From positions 1 through 51,099 of the forward strand of contig SLIA01000021.1 of assembly GCA_007135935.1 (NCBI GenBank): 51,099 bases of DNA, read 5' to 3'. The stretch comes from Wenzhouxiangella sp. (GTDB taxonomy: Bacteria > Pseudomonadota > Gammaproteobacteria > Xanthomonadales > Wenzhouxiangellaceae). The translations under genes were made by a program, and so were the position numbers. This document shows positions 36,006-43,935 of this stretch, piece by piece. Each line of letters begins with the position of its first letter. The stretch's first letter is position 1. The notes below the pieces were generated by a model that was not told where the DNA came from, ran no database searches, and worked only from the letters and a program-made list of their open reading frames with translations.

Positions 36006-36554
36006 AAACGGCGACTTGCGGCGGCCGCCACCGCCGCCACGGCGACGTCGGCGCATGCGGGCCAGCAAGGCTTGCTCGCGCGCCTTGAGGAAATCGCCGC
36101 GCTGCAGTTCGTCGGGATCCATGCCGCGGCGCTTGGCTTCATGCGCCCGGTAGTCGACAAAGTCCCGGTATGCTTCGATTTCAGGCGTCAGTTCGCGACA
36201 CAACAACTCGACCATGATGGCATCGTCGAGGAAACCGACGCCGGGCAGGTGATCCGGGATGAGGTCCTCGGGGTTGTTGAAGTAGGCCAGGGCGGCCAGA
36301 ACGCGGCGCTGACCGACTTCCTGCATACCCCAGCCTTCGTCCTCGAGCATGTCGATGAGAACCTGCAATTGCCCCAGGCGTTCGCGAATGTAGTCGGAAC
36401 CGACTTTCTCGTCCACCTGCTTGAGCAACTGGCGAGCGTTGTCGATGATGACTTCGCGATCCTGCTCCTCGGTGTTTTCCATGGCCTTGCGAGCCATGGA
36501 GCGGAAGCGTTCGAGATCCTTGTCGGTGAATTCCAGCGTAATGCGCAGACTCAT
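35994..36554 (-). CDS. YkvA/DUF1232 family protein
   Basis: ALAYFNNPEDLIPDHLPGVGFLDDA motif. Confidence 0.88.
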   Translation of the reverse strand: MSLRITLEFTDKDLERFRSMARKAMENTEEQDREVIIDNARQLLKQVDEKVGSDYIRERLGQLQVLIDMLEDEGWGMQEVGQRRVLAALAYFNNPEDLIPDHLPGVGFLDDAIMVELLCRELTPEIEAYRDFVDYRAHEAKRRGMDPDELQRGDFLKAREQALLARMRRRRRGGGGGRRKSPFSLF

Positions 36555-36601
36555 GAGATGTTCCTTGGCTTGATCGGTGAACGGCAGGCATCAAAAGACA
36601 T

Positions 36602-36630
36602 AGCGTAGATGTCGACACCCGGGGCGTCAA
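36602..36630 (-). promoter_or_regulatory. Putative sigma70 promoter of the YkvA gene
   Basis: TTGACG-N17-TACGCT on the minus strand. Confidence 0.5.
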
Positions 36631-36662
36631 TGGTTCAATGGTTCCATCATCCGGTCGTTGGC

Positions 36663-37037
36663 TCATGCGGCGATAACGAACAGGCCGATGCAGGCCCCGA
36701 GACCGACCAGCCAGGCCAGCGAGCGGATCAGGTGGACATCGGCCAGGTAGCAGGTGGCGTAGGCAATGCGAGCGGCGATGAACAGGATGGCAAGAATATC
36801 CACTCCACTCTGTGAGCCGCCAGCGACATGAGCGATGATGACGGCGGCGGCGAACAGTGGAAAGGCCTCGAAGCTGTTCTGCTGGGCCCACCAGGCCCGT
36901 TTGCGGTAGCCGGTGACCGTTTCGTACCACTCGCGCGGTCGGCGGTTGTTGAAGCTGCGGTCTCCGGCCTTGGCGATGCCGGCCAGGACGAAGGGCATCA
37001 GTGCGGCAATCAGCACACACCAGAAAGCGATGGTCAT
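36663..37037 (-). CDS. MAPEG family membrane protein
   Basis: FNNRRPRE, RAWWAQQNSFEA, ARIAY..CY; four hydrophobic helices. Confidence 0.88.
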   Translation of the reverse strand: MTIAFWCVLIAALMPFVLAGIAKAGDRSFNNRRPREWYETVTGYRKRAWWAQQNSFEAFPLFAAAVIIAHVAGGSQSGVDILAILFIAARIAYATCYLADVHLIRSLAWLVGLGACIGLFVIAA

Positions 37038-37160
37038 GGATCGGATTTCCGTTGATTCAATGCGTTTTCAAGCATACGTCATGAACCAAGCCTGCGACAG
37101 TGCCAATAGCCATGAATTGGCGGGGTAGAATCGCAGTCTCTCCAACCTGACATTGGACCG

Positions 37161-37682
37161 ATGACCGAGTCCTATCAGCTCGACTCCCGGCTGGTCGAAT
37201 TCGTGACCATTACCGAGGTGGCCGATGCCAGTCGTCTGGCCGCAGCCGTGCTCAGGCGCAAGTACGACATGGGCGTGCCGCCACACGGTCGGCATGTGCT
37301 GGCGTTCGTGGCCGGCGATGCGGGCTGCTGGATGCCGGCGTTCTACGTCAACTACCTGCCGCATCGCAATGCCATGCTGATCGGCGGTGCGGCAACCGAT
37401 GGCGAAGTGCTGCGTCGACTCGGGACACCACAGCAGGCGGCGCTGGCCGAGGCCGGTGGTCTGATGTTGCAGACGGTGCGCTACAGCGAGGCGCGCTTTG
37501 CCGATGTGTCGGTGGCCACCTTCGGTTATTGCGGAGATGAGCGCTCCTGGTCGATTCTCCAGCGTTGCGGCTATCGGCGCATCGACGATCATCCGCACCT
37601 GATCGTGCGCTGGAATCGGGAGCTGCCCGAGGCCGAACGCGTAGCGCTGGTCGACAGCGTGCGGCAACTGGGTCCATTCTGA
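37161..37682 (+). CDS. Hypothetical protein, possible divergent GNAT fold
   Basis: Clean ORF; beta/alpha order and terminal SWSILQRCGY resemble GNAT motif B. Confidence 0.65.
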   Translation: MTESYQLDSRLVEFVTITEVADASRLAAAVLRRKYDMGVPPHGRHVLAFVAGDAGCWMPAFYVNYLPHRNAMLIGGAATDGEVLRRLGTPQQAALAEAGGLMLQTVRYSEARFADVSVATFGYCGDERSWSILQRCGYRRIDDHPHLIVRWNRELPEAERVALVDSVRQLGPF

Positions 37683-37820
37683 TGCACGAATGTAGGTCGC
37701 ATTCAGCCGGGTTAATGACCGCATGGCCCACCAGGCATCGGCCACCGCTTCATTGACGATGTTTCTTGACGGCCTGGTGTAGGATGCCGGGGGAGGGCCG
37801 CCAATCTCGGCAGGCCCGGA

Positions 37821-40037
37821 ATGCGAGGGGTGGTGATTGATGGAGTCGAAAGCACGGGGGCGGAACCGGTGAGGACGGCGGGTAACGTGCTGTTCGCGGT
37901 GCTGCTTTTCGCGCTGTGCATGTTCGTCGTTGCCCACTATATTCACTCCGAGCAGCAGGGCGATGCCGAAATGCAGCGCTTTCATGCCCTGCAGGAGCTG
38001 GCCACCCTGCGTGCCCGGATCGAAGGGCATCTCAATGCGAACCTCGTGGCCATCCGTACATTGCGGGCCGAGCTGGCCCTGGAACCGGTGGTCGAGCCCG
38101 AGCGCTTCAGGCGTTTGGCCGACGAGGTATTGACCGACGAGCTGCACACCCGCCACGTGGCCCTGGCGCCGGATCTGGTCATTCAGCATGTCCAACCCCT
38201 GGCGGGCAATGAAGAAGCGCTGGGCCTCGATTACCGCGACAATCCCGCCCAGTTCGCCTCCATCGAGGCAGCGCTGGAGGCCAGCGATATCCTTATCAGC
38301 GGTCCGGTCGAGCTGGTGCAGGGCGGCCAGGCCCTGATTGCCAGGGTGCCCGTCTACCGGCACCGCAGTGATGAATTGTGGGGGGTGATCTCCCAGGTCA
38401 TTGATCACCAGAGTCTGTTTGCCGATGCCGGTCTGTTCGAGATGGGGCAGTGGTCGGTGGCCATGCGCGGCGTGGACGGCAAGGGCGTGCATGGCGATGC
38501 CATAGTCGGAACCGATGAGCTCTGGACGCTTGATCCGGTCACGGTGCCGATCGATCTGCCGGTGGGGCAATGGCGCCTGGCTGCGATGCCGGCCTCGCTG
38601 AGCTGGGAACGGCCACTGGCATCCTATTCACGACATTGGGTGCTGGGTGTTCTGCTGGCCCTGACCGCCACCCTGTTGATCAATAGCCTGCTGATCAGCC
38701 ACCTCCGCCTGCGCCGCGCATTTTCGACCATCAGCCACCAGGCCCGCTTCGACGGGCTGTCGGGTCTGCCCAATCGCCAGTTCTTTACCCAGCACCTCGA
38801 AACACAGGTTCGTCATTGCCGCAGGCAGCATCAGCGATTTGCGCTGATGTTTCTCGATCTCGATCATTTCAAGGAGATCAACGACTCTCTCGGCCACGAG
38901 GCCGGCGATGATCTGTTGCAGTCTTGCAGCCAGCGAATCGTGGCCGCCGTGCGCGGCGACGACATGGTGGCACGCTTTGGCGGTGACGAGTTCGTCATAC
39001 TGGTCAGGGAGTTGTCAGACCCCGTTGATGCTGAACTGGCGGCCGACAAGGTGCTTGCTGCCCTTGAACCTCCCTTCGTGGTGGCCGGGCACGAGGTCAG
39101 CATTGGTGGTTCGGTGGGCATTGCGGTCTACCCCGACGATGGCGCCAGCGCCAGCGATCTGCTCAAACATGCCGACCTGGCGATGTATGCAGCCAAGTCG
39201 GCTGGCCGGGGGACCTCGTACTTCTACAACGAGTCCCTGCGTCATCAGTCGGAAACCCACTTGAAACTGCATCGCGAGATACAGCTGGGTCTGACCAACG
39301 GCCAGTTCGAGGTGTATTACCAGCCGATGGTCGATGCCGCGGATGGCTCGCTGCGGGCCGTGGAGGCTCTGATACGCTGGCACCACCCCGAGCAGGGCCT
39401 GCTCAATCCGGGCGATTTCATTGCGGTGGCCGAACGCACCGGGGTCATACGCGAGCTGGGGTTGCGGGTGCTGCAACAGGGGTGTGCCGATTGTCGGAGA
39501 ATGCTTGCCGAGGGACTGGACATCAAGCTCTCGATCAATCGTTCGCCGCGGGAATTCAACGATCGCAAGATGGTGCAACGCTGGCTGGAAACGCTGGCGC
39601 GTGAGGAGCTCGAACCCGAGCGCGTGATCGTGGAGCTGACCGAGTCGCTGCTGATGCCGGACCGGGACCGTCAGCATCAACTGCTGCGTGATCTGCACGA
39701 GGGCGGGGTACGACTGTCGATCGACGATTTCGGCACCGGCTATTCGTCGGTGACCTACCTGAGGAACTTCCCGGTTTCACAGATCAAGATCGATGGGGCT
39801 TTCGTGGCTCATATGCTCGAAGACGACTCGCAGTACGCCCTGGTCGAGGCGCTGGTCAAGATGGCACAGGCCCTGGGACTGGAAGTCGTTGCCGAAGGCG
39901 TGGAAACGGCCGATCAGGCGCGCACTCTGGCAGCCATGGGCTGCCACTTGCTGCAGGGCTATTACTTTGCCCGACCGATGCCGGCGGCTGAACTGATCGA
40001 AAGATATGGGCTGGCATCGACGAGCGACCAGCGCTGA
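37821..40037 (+). CDS. CHASE-GGDEF-EAL c-di-GMP protein
   Basis: TM-CHASE (PLAGNEEALGLDY, SGPVELVQGG)-TM; RGDD I-site + FGGDEF; VEALIRW; DDFGTGYSS. Confidence 0.93.
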   Translation: MRGVVIDGVESTGAEPVRTAGNVLFAVLLFALCMFVVAHYIHSEQQGDAEMQRFHALQELATLRARIEGHLNANLVAIRTLRAELALEPVVEPERFRRLADEVLTDELHTRHVALAPDLVIQHVQPLAGNEEALGLDYRDNPAQFASIEAALEASDILISGPVELVQGGQALIARVPVYRHRSDELWGVISQVIDHQSLFADAGLFEMGQWSVAMRGVDGKGVHGDAIVGTDELWTLDPVTVPIDLPVGQWRLAAMPASLSWERPLASYSRHWVLGVLLALTATLLINSLLISHLRLRRAFSTISHQARFDGLSGLPNRQFFTQHLETQVRHCRRQHQRFALMFLDLDHFKEINDSLGHEAGDDLLQSCSQRIVAAVRGDDMVARFGGDEFVILVRELSDPVDAELAADKVLAALEPPFVVAGHEVSIGGSVGIAVYPDDGASASDLLKHADLAMYAAKSAGRGTSYFYNESLRHQSETHLKLHREIQLGLTNGQFEVYYQPMVDAADGSLRAVEALIRWHHPEQGLLNPGDFIAVAERTGVIRELGLRVLQQGCADCRRMLAEGLDIKLSINRSPREFNDRKMVQRWLETLAREELEPERVIVELTESLLMPDRDRQHQLLRDLHEGGVRLSIDDFGTGYSSVTYLRNFPVSQIKIDGAFVAHMLEDDSQYALVEALVKMAQALGLEVVAEGVETADQARTLAAMGCHLLQGYYFARPMPAAELIERYGLASTSDQR

Positions 40038-40056
40038 GATCGTTCAACAAGGCCGG

Positions 40057-40260
40057 TCAGTTGGTCTTGCCGCTTTCCTTCTTGCCGACGTCACGAATCT
40101 CGCGGTCGGTTTCCTCGATCTCGTTCATCGCACTCCTGAAGCCCTTGAAGGCCCCGCCGAGATCCTTGCCCAGATTCTTGAGCTTGCCGCTGCCGAAGAT
40201 CAGCAGCACGATGAGCAGCACCACGAGCAGCTGCCAGATTCCGATGTTTCCGATTCCCAT
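40057..40260 (-). CDS. tatA: Twin-arginine translocase subunit TatA/TatE
   Basis: IGIWQLL...[23 protein letters not shown]; AGGAG SD. Confidence 0.93.
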   Translation of the reverse strand: MGIGNIGIWQLLVVLLIVLLIFGSGKLKNLGKDLGGAFKGFRSAMNEIEETDREIRDVGKKESGKTN

Positions 40261-40290
40261 TGTCCATTCTCCTTGATGTGAGGCCCGGGA

Positions 40291-40800
40291 TCAGCCGCGG
40301 TGCTCGCGCATGACGTCCCAGTCCAGTTCGTCCCAGGTGTAGATCAGGCCGCCGTGTTGGCCGGCAAAGGCTTCGGCATCCTGCTTTACCGAAAACGGGG
40401 CGGGTGCATGGCCCATGGCGCCGCGCTGGTCGTGGCCGAGCACGAACCAGGCCTCGGTGGCCCGCACCCAGTGTTCGTCGGATGGATCGTCCCAGCCGGT
40501 CAGCGACAGGTCGTGCATGTAGAGTGCGGCGATGGCCGGGGCCGATTCGGGTTGCCAGGCCCAGGAAATCAGATCGCCGGTGGAGCAGAACGGCAGCATC
40601 TCGCCGTCTCTCAGGCAGGCCTGACCCTTGGGTCCGGGGAAGCGCACGATGGTCATGCCGCACAGCGTGCAGTCGTGTTCGTCGGTCAGGGTGAGCACTC
40701 GGCAGTGGTCGTGACCGACCTCGGCCTGCTGACCGCAGCCGATCAGGCCGGCGGCCGGCAGCAGGGCCAGCATCTGCAGGATCTGTCGTCGAGTCGTCAT
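40291..40800 (-). CDS. nosL: Copper chaperone lipoprotein NosL
   Basis: Lipobox LIGC, CTLCGM...PGPKGQ, FCS, GAMG, AEAFAGQHGG; position in nos cluster. Confidence 0.93.
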   Translation of the reverse strand: MTTRRQILQMLALLPAAGLIGCGQQAEVGHDHCRVLTLTDEHDCTLCGMTIVRFPGPKGQACLRDGEMLPFCSTGDLISWAWQPESAPAIAALYMHDLSLTGWDDPSDEHWVRATEAWFVLGHDQRGAMGHAPAPFSVKQDAEAFAGQHGGLIYTWDELDWDVMREHRG

Positions 40801-40825
40801 TACGCTTGCCTTCTCCGTTGTCCAG

Positions 40826-41656
40826 TCAGTGTCGCCGGGCGGCGAACAGGGCCGCGGCCAGGGCCAGCGGCAGCACAGTCCATGCCGCCAGTATGGCCAT
40901 CAGGCGGCCGACCGAAAAGCCCTGTTCGGCGACCACCGAGAGCATGCCGGACGCGGCTGCGGCTTCCTCGAAGCCGGTCAGGTTGACCAGCCGGAACACG
41001 TCGGTGGGGTTGATCAGCAGCAGCACCTGGAACAGGCCCTGGTCGACCCGGCCCTCGGTGCCCACCAGCACGCCGAGCAGGGCCAGATCGTAAATCAGCA
41101 CGAACACGAACCAGGCCAGCAGCGCGAGGCCGGCCGCGCGTGCCTTTTCGCGCGTGATGGTGCTGATCAGGTAGGCCAGGGCCAGAAAAGCCCAACCCAG
41201 CAATATGGCGCTGGCGATGAACAGGCTGAACGGGCCAACCAGGTCGGCGAAGGCGGCTTCCTCGGCCACCAGGCCGATCACGGCCGCGGCAATGCCGAAG
41301 CCCAGTGCCGTGGACAGTGCCAGCATGCCGGCATGGCCCAGGAACTTGCCGGCCAGCAGTCCGACGCGGCTGATGGGATAGGTCATCAGCAGCAACAAGG
41401 TGCCTTTCTCGTCCTCGCCGACAATGCTGTCGTAGGCCATCATCAGGGCGATCAGCGGAATCAGGAACACCGCCAGGCTGGCCAGGCTGACGATGGTGGT
41501 GGAAATGCGGGTGAAGCCGATCTGGCCGGCCGCGGCCGCGCCGAACCAGGCCAGGGCGATGGCGAGCACGGCAAAGGCCAGGGTGGTGGCCAGCACCCAG
41601 CGGTTCCTCAGCCCGTCACGGAACTCCTTGGCGGCGACAATGGCGATCTCACGCAT
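40826..41656 (-). CDS. nosY: ABC transporter permease NosY
   Basis: KEFRDGLRNRW, AYDSIVGEDEKGTLLLLMTYP, NPTDVFRLVN. Confidence 0.95.
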   Translation of the reverse strand: MREIAIVAAKEFRDGLRNRWVLATTLAFAVLAIALAWFGAAAAGQIGFTRISTTIVSLASLAVFLIPLIALMMAYDSIVGEDEKGTLLLLMTYPISRVGLLAGKFLGHAGMLALSTALGFGIAAAVIGLVAEEAAFADLVGPFSLFIASAILLGWAFLALAYLISTITREKARAAGLALLAWFVFVLIYDLALLGVLVGTEGRVDQGLFQVLLLINPTDVFRLVNLTGFEEAAAASGMLSVVAEQGFSVGRLMAILAAWTVLPLALAAALFAARRH

Positions 41657-42581
41657 TGGCATCCTCCGGGGCGTCGGCCAGACGATTGAAGTGGGTGTAG
41701 AGCGATTCCAGGCTGGGGGCGTCGACATGGACGTCGCTGACATCATCGTCGGCCAGCAAGGCACGCATGATCTCCAGCTTGCGGCTGGCCGGTGCATCGA
41801 ACTCGATCAGGTCAGCGCGCACTGCACGAGCGCTCAGGCCCAGCCCGGCCAGACGCTCGTTGACCTGTCCATTGAGCGATGTGGTGCGTGCGCGGATGCG
41901 AAGCGGCAGATCGGCCTGAGCGCGCAGTGCATCGATCGTGCCGTCGGCCTGCAGGCGGCCGTGGGCGAGAATGGCGACGCGGTCCAGGTGTTTCTCGACG
42001 CCGGCGAGCACGTGCGAGCTCAGGATCACGCTTGTGCCGGTTTCGCGAAGCTCGTTGATCATGTCGTAGACATCGCGCGTGGCAATGGGGTCCAGGCCGA
42101 CGGTGGGTTCGTCGAGCAGCAGCAGCTTCGGGGCGCCCAGCAGTGCCTGGGCCAGGCCGAGCCGTTGGCGCATGCCCTTGGAATAGGTGCGCACCCGCCG
42201 GTCGGCGGCCTCGCCCAGTCCGACTCGTTCGAGCAAGTGGTCGGCATGCTTGATCTCGATGCGCTTCAAGCGGGCGAAATAGCGCAGCACCTCGCGGCCG
42301 GAGAGGTTGTCGTAGAAACTCACGTTCTCGGGCAGGTAGCCGAGCTGAAGCCTGAGGTGCCCGGCGGCGCGACCGCGCGGGTTCTCGCCGAGCACCTGCA
42401 CCTGGCCGGCACTCGGGGCGAGTACGCCCAGGATCATCTTCATGGTGGTGGACTTGCCGGCGCCGTTGTGTCCGAGCAGGCCCAGGACTTCACCGGCGGC
42501 CACTTCCAGGTTCAGGTCGACCACGGCCCGGACCTTGCCGAAGTGGCGGCTGACGTTCTCCAGGCGAACCACGCTGTTCAT
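41649..42581 (-). CDS. nosF: ABC transporter ATPase NosF
   Basis: GHNGAGKST, YSKGMRQRLG, LLLDEPTVGLD, SSH. Confidence 0.95.
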   Translation of the reverse strand: MNSVVRLENVSRHFGKVRAVVDLNLEVAAGEVLGLLGHNGAGKSTTMKMILGVLAPSAGQVQVLGENPRGRAAGHLRLQLGYLPENVSFYDNLSGREVLRYFARLKRIEIKHADHLLERVGLGEAADRRVRTYSKGMRQRLGLAQALLGAPKLLLLDEPTVGLDPIATRDVYDMINELRETGTSVILSSHVLAGVEKHLDRVAILAHGRLQADGTIDALRAQADLPLRIRARTTSLNGQVNERLAGLGLSARAVRADLIEFDAPASRKLEIMRALLADDDVSDVHVDAPSLESLYTHFNRLADAPEDANA

Positions 42582-43861
42582 GATGCCGGCTCCTGCTGGG
42601 CCATGGGGCGCATCAGCGGGGCCGAGTCCCTGACACCGGAGGGTCGCAACACCGGAAATTCACGCTGGACCCAGCGCAGCAGTTGCACGGCCGGACTGTT
42701 CATCAGGATGCGCGCCATGGGGTAGGTCCAGAACAGGCGGTCGACCGCGTCGTTGGGTTCGTGCGGCACATCGCCGATGCCGTCGCCGGCCAGGTCCCAG
42801 CCCATGTAGTCGCTCCAGTAGTTACCGCGCCCGTCGATCGACCACTCCTGGTCGCGGGTGGCCACGTACATGACCTGGCTGCGGTTGTTGATCAGCGCAT
42901 TCTCGTGGATCTTGTTGTTCTCCGAGCCGGCGGTGAGGTGAATGCCGATGTCGGTGCGCTCGAGATGATTGCGGCGGATGGTGTTGAACTGCGAGTTGTA
43001 GATGAACATCGCCTTGCCCTCCGAGCCGCGGATGGGTGTGCCGGTGCGCGGGTTGGTGCTGGCGGTAATGGCAATGGCGGTGTTGTCGGTGATGTCGGAA
43101 TCCTGCAGGTCGTGGATGAGAAAGCCGTAGCCCTCGTCGCCCTCGGCGTGGTTGCCGGCAATGGTCAGCCGGCGCGACTGCATCAGGGCAAAGCCGGCCC
43201 GGTTGTTCCAGGTGCGGTTGCCGACGACCTCGTTGTCGTTGGAATTCATGTAATGCACCCCGTAGCGCTGGGTGTGCAGGTGGTTGCCCTCGAGTCGGTT
43301 GTTGTGGGAGAAGTCGATGTAGATGCCGTCGCGTGTCTCCCAGACCACGTTGTTCCTGATCAGGCTGTGGCGGGTATTGAACAGGTGTATGCCGTTGCCG
43401 CGGTCCTGGTGACGCAGGGTGATGTCGCCGCTGATGTGATTGCCGTCCACGCGTGCCTCGTGGCTGCCATGCAGCCAGATGCCGAAGCCGCGAGCCTCGA
43501 TGCGGTTGTCGATGAGCTTCACGCCGGTGGCGTTGCGCGTGGTGTAGATGGCCGCATCCATGTCGGTCAGGTTGGCGCCGCCGTTTCTCAGGTGGACGCC
43601 CTCGACGGTGACATCCGGTGCGTCGATCCACAGCAGGTGACCCTGACCGCCACCATCGATGGTGGCATCGTCGGTTCCGCGCAGGACGAGCGGGCGGGTG
43701 ATGCGGAAGTTGCCCTCGTGGATGCCGGGCTGCAGCTCCAGCGTGGCGCCGTCCGGGGCATCTTCCAGCGCCTGTTCCAGCTCACCCGGCTCGACGGCAA
43801 TCGTCGCTGCAAGCAGGGAGGGTGTGGACAGCAACAGCAGGATGGTCAGCAGTGTCTTCAT
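42578..43861 (-). CDS. nosD: Periplasmic copper maturation protein NosD
   Basis: Signal peptide; DRGNGIHLFN, RDGIY, RYGVHYM, GNYWSDYMGWD..GDGIGD beta-helix motifs. Confidence 0.95.
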   Translation of the reverse strand: MKTLLTILLLLSTPSLLAATIAVEPGELEQALEDAPDGATLELQPGIHEGNFRITRPLVLRGTDDATIDGGGQGHLLWIDAPDVTVEGVHLRNGGANLTDMDAAIYTTRNATGVKLIDNRIEARGFGIWLHGSHEARVDGNHISGDITLRHQDRGNGIHLFNTRHSLIRNNVVWETRDGIYIDFSHNNRLEGNHLHTQRYGVHYMNSNDNEVVGNRTWNNRAGFALMQSRRLTIAGNHAEGDEGYGFLIHDLQDSDITDNTAIAITASTNPRTGTPIRGSEGKAMFIYNSQFNTIRRNHLERTDIGIHLTAGSENNKIHENALINNRSQVMYVATRDQEWSIDGRGNYWSDYMGWDLAGDGIGDVPHEPNDAVDRLFWTYPMARILMNSPAVQLLRWVQREFPVLRPSGVRDSAPLMRPMAQQEPAS

Positions 43862-43880
43862 TGATGCCTTTGAATCGAGA

Positions 43881-43906
43881 CGGGGCGGCGGAAGTCCGCC
43901 GCCCCG
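43881..43906. other. GC-rich hairpin between nosZ and nosD
   Basis: 11-bp perfect stem CGGGGCGGCGG/CCGCCGCCCCG with 4-nt loop; no U-tract. Confidence 0.75.
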
Positions 43907-43935
43907 CGTGTGTTGGTCCATGAGACCGTTCGAGT

